This document shows positions 54,501 to 63,390 of a stretch of 64,000 bases of DNA, in pieces. Under the pieces are notes generated by a model. The model searched no databases. It worked only from the letters and a program-made list of their open reading frames with translations, and was not told the origin of the DNA. Each line of letters opens with the position of its first letter. The first letter of the stretch is position 1. Source of the DNA: Octopus vulgaris (taxonomy: Eukaryota); the NCBI GenBank assembly GCA_951406725.2, contig OX597820.1:3782001-3846000 (forward strand), in the 5' to 3' direction. Both the position numbers and the translations under genes were made by a program.

Positions 54501-57500
54501 AAATAAATATTTTTTTATTTTTGTCAAAATATTTCCTGCTTTCACACTGCATGTTTTCCCTCTAAACCCACATAAATAATGTTTTCTTTCCCTTGAGCCA
54601 GGCTTTAATGTATCTACATCTACAAATATATCTCCGCTTCATTAATAACCATACATTAATATTCCAGTTTTTTTTAATTATGAAGATTATACTCATTAGT
54701 CATTACCATTATTATTATTATTCTCTGGCAGAACCATTAGCACATCAGACAAATGCTTAGCAGCATTTCATCTGTCTTTATATTCTGAGTTCAAATTCCA
54801 CTGAGGTCATCTTTTCCATTCATTCTTTCTGGGTCAATACAATAAGTACCAGTCATGCATTGGGGTCAATATAATCGACTTCGCCCCTCCCCTGAAATTG
54901 CTGGCCTTGTACCAAAATTTGAATCCCTTATTATGAAACTCTAATAGATGAGGGCACCATTCATAATAGATCAGTGCTTTCAAATTTTGGCTCAAAGCCA
55001 GCAATTTCTGAAGAGGAGCTCAGTTGATTACATCAACCATGTGCTTACCTGGTGTTTTATTTTGCCAACCCCCACAGAATGAAAAGCAAAGTTTATCTCA
55101 GAATTTGAACTCAGAAAGTAAAGAGCCGGAGGAGATGCCTCTGATCCATTTTGTCTGACATGCTTAGATAACGACAATCGTCTCAGGAGTCCAAACAGAA
55201 GTTCCTCATCACGTTTGAAGTTACATACATATATACAGGACATGAAGAAAAAAACTGGGACCCAGTTGGTCACTGTGACAAGGGTTCCAAGTTTCATCCA
55301 ATCAATGGAACAGCTTGCTTGTGAAATTAATGTGCAAGTGGTTGAGGACTCCACAGACACGTGTACACTTAGTGTAGTTCTCGGGGAGAATCAGCGTGAT
55401 ACAGAATGTGACAAGGCCAGCCCTTTAAAATACAGGTGCTACTCATTTTTGCCAGCTGAGTGGACTGGAGCAACGTGAAATAAAGTGTCTTGCTCAAGGA
55501 CACAATGTGTCGTCGGGAATTGAACTCACGACCTTACGCTCATAAGCCGAATACTCTAACCACCTAACTATGTGCCTTCACCATACTCACACACACACAC
55601 ACATGCATGCATGCACACACGCATACATTCACACACACATAGTTAAAAACATAGTTGTGATTCAGTGTAAAAGTCCCATTGTTTTGTAGCATTTGTCCTG
55701 ATTCCTCTCTGATCAAGAGGACAGTATATTTATTTTCAGTGTTTTGCAGAACATAGTGGGGCCAAAGAACCTTTGGAAAACTAACAGAAGTAGTTTAGCT
55801 ACAGCTTATTTGTCTGATTCTAGAAGAATTATAGGGAAGCCATCTGGGTCTGTTGCTGAGTTGAAGCCCTTTTTGTGTAAAGCAGTGATTATATCAACCC
55901 ATTTTGTTATTGTTAATGTTTTCAACCTTTGTGCATGATTCCCTAAGTGCCTCTAATATGGTTAAATGTCATATATTCTGTGTATATTTCCTTTATGGTG
56001 ACACTCAAAGCATTTCTTCAAAATTCCAAATGGGATTACGATTTTAATAGTTTGTATCCCTGCTTCGTCAGCAGTAAATGTTTAATTCAATTCTTACTAA
56101 ATGTTTTCATACATTTCGTATTCAAATAATATGTAAATTGATGTGTACAAGCTTACATCAATTTGCATAATTATAATGTGATTCAATCTGGTGTGTGTGT
56201 CTGTGTGTCACATTTATGCTTGTGTAAAATTGCTGTAGGATTAACAGACAGGACTGCTAATGTGAAACAGCTATCATTTAAACAATCTCAGGCCATATAC
56301 TTTGGTAATCTCTCCTTTTAATTCTGGCTCAAAACTGCTTTTATTTACTAATGATTCATATTGAACATAGAAGGGTGTCTGGTTATTACTAGAATTGCCT
56401 CATCAAGGAATATTCTTGCTCCATGAATTCTTAATCAATACATTTGATTTGCAAATTTATTTCACTAACAGAAATTCAAAAAGGGAAGGTGGGAGGAAGA
56501 AACTTTCCATGGTTGCTATAGTCTTTGTTATATTTCTCACATCCTTTGTTTTAAAACGACTGTACTGAAATGATATCTATCTAGTTAGACCATTTTATAA
56601 ATCTGTTAATAGTTAAAGAACAATTTCCACACCATTGCATATATCTTGATCTGAGTAGTTTCGGCATGTATAGGCAGTAGCTGCACTATATCAGGCTTTA
56701 GGCATGCAAAAAACATCCATTTAACATCCTTTATTTGATGGCTTATAAGATGTATCGTTTTCTTCCAATAAAAAGTCTCAAAAAGTCACCCCAGGGCCCT
56801 CCATATTATACTAAATTGGTCCAATGTCAGAATCTTTAATGCACTAAAATCTTTTCACCTGCATATGTGCTGCTAAAATTGAGGTACATCTAACAGACCC
56901 ATGCATCTTTTATGCCGTCAAATATGGCAGATTATCTTCTTATTAATTCTTCTTATGCTTGTCAAATCTAATCTGTCAAATCTAATGCTTAATTCCTCAT
57001 ACTGCTTTGAATTAATCCTGCATTATCTCATAGCAAGGCAGCGAACTGGCAGAATCATTAGAACGCTGGGGCAAAAATGCTTAGTGGTATTTCGTCTACC
57101 ACTACGTTCTCAGTTCAAATTCTGCCAAGGTTGACTTTGCCTTTCATCCTTTCGGGGTCGCTTACATAAGTACCAGTTGAGCACTGGGGTCAATGTAATC
57201 GACTTACCTTCTTCCCCCAAATTTCAGGCCTTGTACCTGCAGTAGAAAGGATTATTTTATAGCTTCAAGGCATTCAATGACATCACTGTTTATTTTTAGA
57301 ATAACATTGCAGAATAGGTGTGAGAAGCCAGATCTGGTTGGATTAAACACAAAACAAGTTGAATATATTCAGGCTGAATATGGCCAGTTTAAATACTGAA
57401 GGGCTGAGCATAATATCGTCAATTTTACAAGATTTGATCCCTGGTCAAATGCTTTTGCTATGAAATTTAACTCATTTGGTCTTCACATGTTTAAGACTTG

Positions 57501-57659
57501 AAATTAATTTTTTAAATACACTTTGTCTATATTCTTTCTAACTTTGAGTTTTCCTTCTTCTTCTTCTTCTTCTTCTTATTTACTAACATTAACACCAATG
57601 CATTCGTTTCATTTCAGATGTATATTGCACCAACTAAAGAACCAAGAAAACGTAATTAA
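760..57659 (+). CDS. Multi-exon gene (17 coding exons in window, 5' end missing): EGF-repeat single-pass receptor tyrosine pseudokinase
   Basis: Manual splicing of 760-897, 3743-3880, 5900-6037, 7328-7468, 10176-10313, 12324-12461, 17861-18001, 19012-19149, 20804-20988, 24104-24272, 36702-36812, 40808-40980, 43288-43386, 47740-47804, 49988-50125, 54177-54276 and 57618-57659 gives one open frame (2192 nt) with compatible phases and AG/GT(GC) boundaries. Confidence 0.9.
1290..1752 (+). mobile_element. Abundant dispersed repeat (SINE/LINE-tail type) with internal ~61-bp tandem subrepeats and (GAT)n tail
   Basis: ggtggcatgtaaaaagc..cc units followed by ...ccatgccag.atggaaagcgga.gttaaa.gatgatgat; related copies near 1-190, 14780-15070(-), 16310-16555, 24660-25020(-), 29530-29800, 34650-35200(-), 39740-40150(-), 45240-45410(-), 49620-49915. 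Confidence 0.75.
2465..3434 (+). mobile_element. Tandem array of four ~220-bp piggyBac-like MITE units (TTAA-CCCTT...AAGGG-TTAA) with a ~24-bp spacer
   Basis: Four highly similar units with TTAA flanks, nested in another TTAACCC-type element (~2439-3628); a degenerate single copy lies at ~3942-4420. Confidence 0.75.
3743..3880 (+). CDS. Exon 2: EGF-like module [45 protein letters not shown]
   Basis: ttcag acceptor, G|gtgagg donor, 138 nt, 8 Cys. Confidence 0.92.
5275..5810 (+). mobile_element. tRNA-derived SINE (ggcgcaggagtggctgtgtggtaag head) with a nested antisense SINE of another family
   Basis: A/B-box-like head; same family at 40232-40643(-), 46192-46597(-) and 53063-53438(+). Confidence 0.75.
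5900..6037 (+). CDS. Exon 3: EGF-like module [45 protein letters not shown]
   Basis: tacag acceptor, G|gtcagt donor, 138 nt; lies inside ORF 5815..6078. Confidence 0.92.
7328..7468 (+). CDS. Exon 4: EGF-like module [46 protein letters not shown]
   Basis: Pyrimidine tract plus gaag acceptor; GC-type donor AG|gcaagt at the position homologous to the other EGF exons; 141 nt. Confidence 0.88.
7600..8235 (+). mobile_element. tRNA-headed hammerhead-bearing element with short 5' inversion, interrupted by a tRNA-Arg-like SINE
   Basis: Near-palindrome ttaaccactgcgccatatgcccatgggcatatggtgcagtg; head matches 37111-37180; resumes at 8165-8235 with gacacCTGATGA. Confidence 0.65.
7772..8160 (+). mobile_element. 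tRNA-derived SINE (gtggaggcgcaatggcc head, CAACAG tail)
   Basis: A box tggcctaatgg, B box gtttcgattcc; near-identical copy at 48669-49046. Confidence 0.85.
8530..9062 (-). mobile_element. L1/Tx1-like LINE 3' fragment
   Basis: ORF 8561..9049(-) [17 protein letters not shown]...AKEVVWWRR resembles the C-terminal Cys/His region of L1/Tx1 ORF2; related to 31674-32500. Confidence 0.65.
10176..10313 (+). CDS. Exon 5: EGF-like module [45 protein letters not shown]
   Basis: aacag acceptor, G|gtaatg donor, 138 nt. Confidence 0.92.
10560..11260 (-). mobile_element. Degraded DNA transposase remnant
   Basis: ORF 10674..11021(-) [34 protein letters not shown] resembles a widespread metazoan transposase-like motif; frameshifted; superfamily not assigned. 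Confidence 0.6.
11328..12058 (-). mobile_element. Tandem array of three piggyBac-like MITE units, reverse complement of the 2465-3434 array
   Basis: TTAA at both ends; units contain gctagtgttaggaacataaa.tgtgactaaggtttggtgg; same spacer in reverse orientation. Confidence 0.8.
12324..12461 (+). CDS. Exon 6: EGF-like module [45 protein letters not shown]
   Basis: ttccag acceptor, T|gtaagt donor, 138 nt. Confidence 0.92.
13248..13780. mobile_element. Fold-back (Penelope-like pLTR) insertion: 230-bp near-perfect inverted repeat plus unpaired tail, inside (TA)n
   Basis: Arms 13248-13477 and 13479-13708, two mismatches seen, 1-nt centre. Confidence 0.8.
13595..13672 (+). ncRNA. Minimal type I hammerhead ribozyme motif (mirror copy on - strand ~13284-13361)
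   Basis: gcgg-CTGAAGA-a-ggcc...ggcc-c-GAAA-CATATG-TA^ccgc; palindromic stem III ACATATGT. Confidence 0.7.
17861..18001 (+). CDS. Exon 7: EGF-like module [46 protein letters not shown]
   Basis: actag acceptor, G|gtaaga donor, 141 nt. Confidence 0.92.
18631..18884. mobile_element. Fold-back Penelope-like insertion with two G3-C8 hammerhead motifs and an 11-bp TSD
   Basis: AATTAACTAAC at 18620-18630 and 18885-18895; inverted arms centred near 18701; same family as 51682-52043. Confidence 0.75.
19012..19149 (+). CDS. Exon 8: EGF-like module [45 protein letters not shown]
   Basis: tttag acceptor, C|gtaagc donor, 138 nt. Confidence 0.92.
19911..19955 (+). ncRNA. Minimal hammerhead ribozyme motif within an inverted-repeat element (19823-20122)
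   Basis: tctgtg-CTGATGA-aggg aaataa cctg-GAAA-TCATGA-TA^cacaga; 6-bp stem I, palindromic ATCATGAT. Confidence 0.7.
20804..20988 (+). CDS. Exon 9: transmembrane helix ([26 protein letters not shown]) with basic stop-transfer SKKKKDK
   Basis: ttcag acceptor, AAG|gtaggt donor, phase 1 to 0. Confidence 0.9.
21040..21620. repeat. CT-rich compound microsatellite with ~78-bp higher-order duplication
   Basis: Block ctttctttcactctctttccttctctgtctctctctg repeated about 4 times. Confidence 0.85.
22415..23505 (-). mobile_element. Tc1-like DNA transposon, degraded
   Basis: TIRs cacagacatggtagaagtaaatagacacc / ggcatctatttacttctatcgtgcttgag with TA flanks; HTH ORF 23013..23321(-), plus FSDES and [10 protein letters not shown] remnants. 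Confidence 0.85.
24104..24272 (+). CDS. Exon 10: kinase subdomains I-II ([13 protein letters not shown]...EVALLIVK)
   Basis: cacag acceptor, G|gtaagg donor; degenerate Gly loop, beta3 Lys replaced by Leu. Confidence 0.88.
25829..28371. repeat. 28-bp minisatellite, about 90 copies (aatgtgatggYtagcagaaatggttgat)
   Basis: Direct reading; two interspersed T/C variants. Confidence 0.97.
29893..30245 (+). mobile_element. R4/Dong-like non-LTR retrotransposon 3' end inside (TAA)n
   Basis: Translates [50 protein letters not shown] (restriction-like endonuclease C-terminus); TAA repeats on both sides. Confidence 0.75.
30260..30660 (-). mobile_element. Nested tRNA-SINE copies (ggcgagctggcagaatc...gactttgcctttcatcc family)
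   Basis: Two overlapping copies; same arrangement at 39300-39700; single copies near 4125-4320, 12065-12280, 17470-17685, 19440-19640, 54725-54925, 57036-57250. Confidence 0.75.
31674..32500 (+). mobile_element. Tx1/L1-like LINE 3' end embedded in a (TATC)n microsatellite
   Basis: [17 protein letters not shown]...VAMAKECI, T-rich 3' UTR, AATAAA at ~32489, (TATC)n on both sides. Confidence 0.7.
33010..33775. repeat. (GGT)n microsatellite with periodic CTT interruptions
   Basis: Direct reading; source of the poly-P/T/H/V/G ORFs. Confidence 0.95.
33973..34511. mobile_element. piggyBac-like MITE (TTAA-CCCATT...AATGGG-TTAA) inserted in a SINE head
   Basis: TTAA at 33973-33976 and 34508-34511; flanks rejoin as gccgtgttg|ttaa|gaagcttg. 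Confidence 0.7.
35545..36117 (-). mobile_element. Internally deleted Tc1-like element related to 22415-23505
   Basis: ~45-bp TIRs cacagacatgtaggaagtaaa.agacac; HTH remnant on - strand. Confidence 0.8.
36702..36812 (+). CDS. Exon 11: kinase alphaC/IV ([29 protein letters not shown])
   Basis: tacag acceptor, G|gtttgt donor; LGQHPNI motif typical of FGFR/Tie/RET-type kinases. Confidence 0.88.
36860..37350. mobile_element. Head-to-head pair of the tRNA-headed hammerhead-bearing element
   Basis: Left arm 36860-37110 is the reverse complement of right arm 37111-37350; hammerhead remnants at 36940-36983(-) and 37255-37300(+). Confidence 0.75.
38319..39213 (+). mobile_element. Non-autonomous mariner with ~125-bp TIRs
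   Basis: TIR ...ttaataagtatttggactgttgccatagtaac... / ...gttactatggcaacagtccagatacttatt...; remnants [25 protein letters not shown]. Confidence 0.8.
40808..40980 (+). CDS. Exon 12: kinase V-VIa ([17 protein letters not shown]...[16 protein letters not shown])
   Basis: atcag acceptor, CAG|gtattt donor. Confidence 0.9.
41737..42289. mobile_element. piggyBac-like MITE with internal insertion
   Basis: TTAA-CCCTTTC ... GAAAGGG-TTAA; body similar to 3435-3628 and 57280-57405. Confidence 0.55.
42975..43140. mobile_element. Small fold-back MITE with repeated ggacaattaccc / gggtaattgtcc motifs
   Basis: About three motif copies per side in inverted orientation. Confidence 0.55.
43288..43386 (+). CDS. 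Exon 13: kinase VIb-VII ([33 protein letters not shown])
   Basis: ttccag acceptor, AAG|gtatgt donor; HRD>HGN and DFG>GFG. Confidence 0.92.
43639..44846 (-). mobile_element. Mariner (Hsmar1/cecropia-like) transposon with frameshifted transposase
   Basis: TA-flanked TIRs ttaggttgtcaagaaagttcttgc / gcaagaactttcttgacaacttaa; - strand remnants [23 protein letters not shown] and SPDLSPTDY. Confidence 0.9.
45770..46072 (-). mobile_element. tRNA-derived SINE sharing head and body with 7772/48669 but with a different 3' tail
   Basis: Same gtggaggcgcaatggccc head; flanking direct repeat ttatagtatatata. Confidence 0.85.
47740..47804 (+). CDS. Exon 14: kinase VIII-IX ([22 protein letters not shown])
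   Basis: ttcag acceptor, TT|gtaagt donor; KWQAIE corresponds to KWMAPE. Confidence 0.88.
47935..48422. repeat. 17-bp minisatellite (gactctctgaatgacat), about 29 copies
   Basis: Direct reading; explains the [15 protein letters not shown] ORFs. Confidence 0.95.
48490..49290 (+). mobile_element. RTE-like LINE 3' fragment split by a SINE (48669-49046, TSD gcagcaacaga)
   Basis: [17 protein letters not shown] and [19 protein letters not shown] remnants; 11-bp direct repeats at 48657-48667 and 49047-49057. Confidence 0.7.
49988..50125 (+). CDS. Exon 15: kinase IX-X ([46 protein letters not shown])
   Basis: ttcag acceptor, TT|gtgagt donor; classic tyrosine kinase [14 protein letters not shown] motif. 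Confidence 0.93.
50534..50712. mobile_element. Short mariner-type MITE
   Basis: Terminal inverted repeat cgatggggtgttgaa / ttcagcaccccatca. Confidence 0.5.
51682..52043. mobile_element. Fold-back Penelope-like insertion (G3-C8 hammerhead family) with an 11-bp TSD
   Basis: ATATTTTTATA at 51671-51681 and 52044-52054; ~120-bp inverted arms; intact motif at 51761-51810(-). Confidence 0.8.
54177..54276 (+). CDS. Exon 16: kinase XI ([33 protein letters not shown])
   Basis: tttcag acceptor, CW...R motif, GAG|gtctgt donor. Confidence 0.85.
57618..57659 (+). CDS. Exon 17: probable terminal coding exon [13 protein letters not shown]
   Basis: Strong tttcag acceptor in phase 0, TAA at 57657-57659, followed by AT-rich UTR-like sequence (AATAAA near 58293 and 60702). 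Confidence 0.65.
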   Translation: MYIAPTKEPRKRN

Positions 57660-58496
57660 AAGCATCTCTCAGGCATGTTAAATTTTCTGTGCTGTTACAG
57701 AATAACTGATGTTACTGGATTAATTTGAATGATTTGTTATAGACTTTGTTACCTCATTCAGTTACGCTGGATTGAGAAGCAAGTTGAGGAAGCTGTCTTT
57801 GGTAGCAAAACTAGAACGTTATGCTATTTTTGATCTGCTATGTATATAAACATATACATATATGTGTGTCTCTGTCTGTATATCTATATTCATATATGTA
57901 TAAACATTTGTATATATATATATATGGATACCAGTTTAGAATAGTAAGGTTGTCCAACCAGTGTGTTGCAATTGGCAACTAAATGGAAGATATCTCTCGT
58001 CTATAATTGAAGACTTGATATCAGGAAGTGTATCCAGTTATATAAATTCTGCACCAGAAAAATTCTATAAAACATGGTGAGAATCAATATCGTATAAGAT
58101 CAGGAAAAAAAAAAAAACTAAAATGATTGGGAGAAAAAAAAATGTATTGATAATATGCATATGAAGATAAAGATATATATGCATGTAAATTTGAATATAT
58201 AAGTGTTATATATATGTGTATATATAATATACGCACATATGTACAAATGTATGTATGCAACATTTTTCCGTAACACGTTTATATTACTCTGAAATAAACT
58301 TGCTAATAATTGCATTAGAGCAGCGTAATTTGTTGGGTGCCAGAGAGTCTTGGTGATTTACGTTACGGAAGAACTTTTTAAGAACCTTTTTGATGACAGC
58401 TTCACTGTAAAAGGGCCGAAATTCTAATGTCCCTAATTTTCCCTAAATCTTGATGACTACTTAAACATTCAAACAGGTTTTGTTTATGGAAAAGAC

Positions 58497-58527
<31 letters not shown>

Positions 58528-58624
58528 TATATATATAAATATATATACATATATACATATACATATATAAATATATATACATATACATATATACATATAT
58601 ATACATATGTATATATATATATAT

Positions 58625-58667
<43 letters not shown>

Positions 58668-58871
58668 TAAATACATATATATACATATCTATATATATAT
58701 ATATATATATATAATATACAGGTATATATAATATACATATACAAATGCATATATATATATATACATGCATACGTACATATACATACATACATATATACAT
58801 ACATATATATATATATATGCATTTGCTCAAGATTGACTTATTCACTCTCTCATATATTTCCTCACAACTGA

Positions 58872-58906
<35 letters not shown>

Positions 58907-61785
58907 ATTAGACAATTTCTTTTTTCTTCCCCTGTTGGAAATATTGTTTAAAAAGAAAACCCACCAAAAAACGTCTTTGAAGAAATGAGTTATTTCTGTA
59001 TTATATTTTTATTGGTTTATTCGGCTTTGTTTCTTCAAAATGTATTTAAACTTTATTATTCATAATGATAACCTTTTGTCTCAGTTAAAATTTTATTTTA
59101 AAATTGAATGCATGGAAATCATTATGATAAATTAGGAGTTTATTTTGTATATAGCCATGATGTAATATATTATAAACAACAACTAACTCAACATGATAGA
59201 TTGTGAGCTGATCTTTAGTGGAATATATAATTTTGATACAGTTGAAGTTTGATCTTATTAAACGATTTTGTTATAATGTTAAGAGATATTATATAAAGAT
59301 ATATATCTGTTTGTGGCACACAAATGACTTTATTTTTCAAGATTATTTCACTATCATCAAATGTGATGACAACAAACCCAAACTTTGATCATCTTCAATG
59401 ACTTCAGTTCCACAGCTTTGGTAAACTGTTGAAGCTGTCACTTACTACTATTCCTCATAGTTGTTTGTCCTCTTCATTCCTTTTTTTTTCTTTTCTTTTT
59501 CTTTTCTTTTTTTTGTTGTTGTTGTTGTTGCTAAGCATGTGAAATTATCAGAATACGATTGAAACAGCATCTTTGTACTTCTGGCAGTTCTTATAACATT
59601 ACTAATTAAAGCTTCTACTAACCCGAATATATTCTGTCTACCATCAAATAGCTGTGAATATATTAACCGTAGCTGTTGTAGTTCTAATCCAGGTCAGTCC
59701 TCATCAAGCAGATACGTGATCAAAACCATTCCTGCTGCAACCATCCGTCTTTTATTCAACGTATTGTGTATCTAGGAATACATTATCCAATGTGTCCTTT
59801 TAAAAAAAAAAAAAGATGCAAAGGTGTGATTTGAGGGAGACATGGCTGCTACTCTTAGCTCACACATTGACCGACCGGATCCGTTAGTGGCTCCATAAAT
59901 TGTAATCGTTTAAAGAGGTTAAGCTTTTATATTTCAGGCCATGCTGGAGTACTGTCACGAATATCAAGAAGCCTAAACTGAAGTGGTTAATAATGACTAT
60001 TTGACAGAATCTCAGTTACAACTTAGCTGCCAACGTGTGTGTGTGTGTCTGTGTGTGTGTGTGTGTCTGTGTGTGTGTATGTGTGCGTGCGTGTGTGTGT
60101 GTGAAGCACGATTTGCTGGCATCAAGTGATAATAATCACATTGATGATGAACCCTTAAGTATGGGTCCATGAATTTCCCTGACTACAACAACAACAACCA
60201 CTGAACCAAGGACACAAATTATAGCAAGCTTAAAAACTGCCAAATGTACATAAATGTTGATTTCTGGGATATAAATACCAAATCAAAATTATATTAGAAC
60301 CATTAACTGCTGATTTAGTGTGTGATATGTTGGTGTTTACTCACAGATTTTGGTTATAATAGAATTCTTGTAAAGCCTAAGCCAGCATTTGCAAAACAAT
60401 TGACTCTTTCATTCATGTTCTTTAGAGGAATTCTCTTTCTATAGTTATAGCATTTCGATTTTACCTTCATTTTCATCTTGTACAATCTGCTCTTTATTTC
60501 TGTAACTGTGGCCAAATTTTCCAAAGTTAAGTAAAAGCAGTCAAACGAAATTATTTTCATTTTTCCACTCTAAAATTTCTTCTAAAATTTCTTCAACAGA
60601 AATTTTAGAAACATGTTGTTACGATTACCTCCCTTTAAACGTTAGCTTTGTATTGAAGTTCTACTTTGCTGGAGCCTGCTGCCGAAGTGTTTTACACCTG
60701 TAATAAAATACAAACCAACAGATACAATAATACATCGTTCATGTCGATAAAGTGAATTATGCAACTAAATATTTATGACGGGTTCAATTTCCAATGCAAA
60801 TTTATCGAACGCCCGAAGGAAGTCATAATAGTCAACTATTTTAAAATTGTTTTGATGGCAGCACTATTACACATTCGAATTGCACACTATATTTTAAAAT
60901 TAAAACTATAGCAAAGGTGCGTTCAGGTTTAACTTTTAACTATTAGTATCTTAAAAACCAACTACTTAATTAAAAAGAAAATAGTTACGAAATTTAATAC
61001 TAGCTCGTATATAATTCTTAGAAATAATTTCATCTTTGCATTGTGCTTATAGCAATTTCCATGCTAAAGTTCCATCATACATCGGCTGCAAATTATATCA
61101 TAAATATTATAGATATGAACTTCATATTACATCATATTTTAAAGAGATCTTAGAATATTTTCATATGTAAATTTCATAAATAATATTTAGATGTCTGTTT
61201 AACTTTGCAGTTATGTAAAAAAAAGATATATATATATATGAAATTTAAACTTCATTAAATATTAATTATGAAATGCTTAAGAGTTTTAAAATTTAAAAAG
61301 TTCTAAAATATTTTCCAGTATTCTTAAATTTCACTAAATATATAATCCTGTAAATAGAGAATATATCTTCGAAAAATTAGAAACAAAATGCGATATGTCA
61401 ATAACAATATATTTTGAACTTTCACCTGAATTTAAGTAATTAACAGACAAACTAATTAGTGAATTTAGTTTTCTTTCATATTTCACAATTATTTTTGTTC
61501 TTAAATTTTTTTCCTGTTTTAATTACAAATATAAGATAATTAAAACTTCTGAAGGTTATTGAGAGAATATACAATACAATAAGTTCATTATCATTATTAT
61601 TATTATTACTATTATTATTATTATTATTATTATTACTTTTTTTTTTTTCTTCTTTCAAATTTTCTTCCATTTCTTGCCGAGTGTCTTCCTGACTCCTAGG
61701 GCAAAGAAACTCATAGTGTATATTGGTAGGCCATTAAACCAAACTCAGTAGTTCGTTCATTTTTTTTTTTTTTTTTTAAAGTTAA

Positions 61786-61838
<53 letters not shown>

Positions 61839-62434
61839 GCTAATTACAATGATTTTCTGTAATATTAGTCATTGCTTGTGTTTTATTCTAATTTTTTTAC
61901 AATTGTGTAAAATGTTATTAAATATCAAGGCTGTTTTCAAGAAGTGTCTGGTCGTTGTTAAACCAGTTCCTCAGAGGTCAATCAATGGTTTTGGTCATCT
62001 GTTCTCTTTTCTCTTCCTTGTATTTGATCTTTTATGTATTGTTTCTCTCCATTGTTCTCACCCTCATCCTCTTCCAATATCACACACTCCATATCTTTAG
62101 CAATTTCTATGATATCGGTGCCGCTTTAAAGCTTTGTTCAAAGATTGGCAGCTGGGTGAACAGGGTGGGCAGATTACCCTACCCCCCACTTTTTTTTTTA
62201 AATGAAACATGTCAAGTCTCTCATAACAACTTGTCTCTTTCTTGGGGAAGCTGGTTGTCGTTTTTGTCATTTCCTGGGGACAGACACTCATATTTTATAT
62301 ATTTTGTTCGTGTGCCTGTGTATAATTATTTTTAATTACATTTCACAATAGTTCAGAAATATTCTTAATAAAGCCGCTATTATAGGAGATATCATTTGAG
62401 ACCCTGAATGTTGTTTTAAACTCTATACTGCGTA

Positions 62435-62454
62435 TTATAATAATAATAATGATA

Positions 62455-62524
<70 letters not shown>

Positions 62525-62553
62525 TAATAATGATAATGATAATAATAATAATA

Positions 62554-62594
<41 letters not shown>

Positions 62595-62677
62595 TAATAA
62601 TAATGATAATAATAATAATAATAATGATAATAATAATAATAATAATGATAATAATGATAATAATAATAATAATAATA

Positions 62678-62712
<35 letters not shown>

Positions 62713-62795
62713 TAATAATAATGATAATAATAATGATAATAATGATAATAATAATAATAATAATGATAATAATGATAATGATAATAATAATAATA

Positions 62796-62845
<50 letters not shown>

Positions 62846-62937
62846 TAATAATAATGATAATAATAATAATAATAATGATAATAATGATAATAATAATAAT
62901 AATAATGATAATAATGATAATGATAATAATAATAATA

Positions 62938-62975
<38 letters not shown>

Positions 62976-63045
62976 TAATAATAATGATAATAATAATAAT
63001 AATAATGATAATAATGATAATAATAATAATAATAATAATGATAAT
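62435..63045. repeat. (AAT)n/(GAT) microsatellite with higher-order duplicated blocks
   Basis: Direct reading. Confidence 0.95.
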
Positions 63046-63049
63046 AGTA

Positions 63050-63246
63050 GAGCCTCAAGAGTGAGTGTACTTATTGTGCACTTGGGACCATCTCAAAGAG
63101 AGCAATATTCTAGCATCAAAAACTGCAAATACCAAATTTCTTAGGAAGTATTCACTTGGAACAGCCCCTGCGTTAAGAAAAGTGTTGTGCCTCTAAGCTG
63201 TGGGATGGAGCTGAGATGTGACATAGATAAATCAGGAAAAATTAAG

Positions 63247-63287
<41 letters not shown>

Positions 63288-63390
63288 CATATTTTAATAG
63301 CCTACCAATGTATACATAGAGTTTCATTGTCCTAGGTGTCAGGAAGACACTCGGCAAGAAATGGAAATAAAATTGAAAGAAAAGGATAAT
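63050..63390 (+). mobile_element. Short non-LTR 3' ends inside (TAA)n (R4/Dong-like); 63295-63385 is an inverted copy of 61640-61740
   Basis: TAA flanks; tcaggaagacactcggcaagaaatgga versus tccatttcttgccgagtgtcttcctga. Confidence 0.55.

Noticed and set aside
55744-55938. Alternative terminal exon after ttttgcag (NIVGPKNLW...)
   Set aside because: Phase-compatible but has no recognisable RTK tail features; the 57618 exon fits better; cannot be excluded without RNA data
58402-58951. YI/CV-rich ORFs (also 62435-63144)
   Set aside because: (TA)n, (CA)n and (AAT)n microsatellite artefacts
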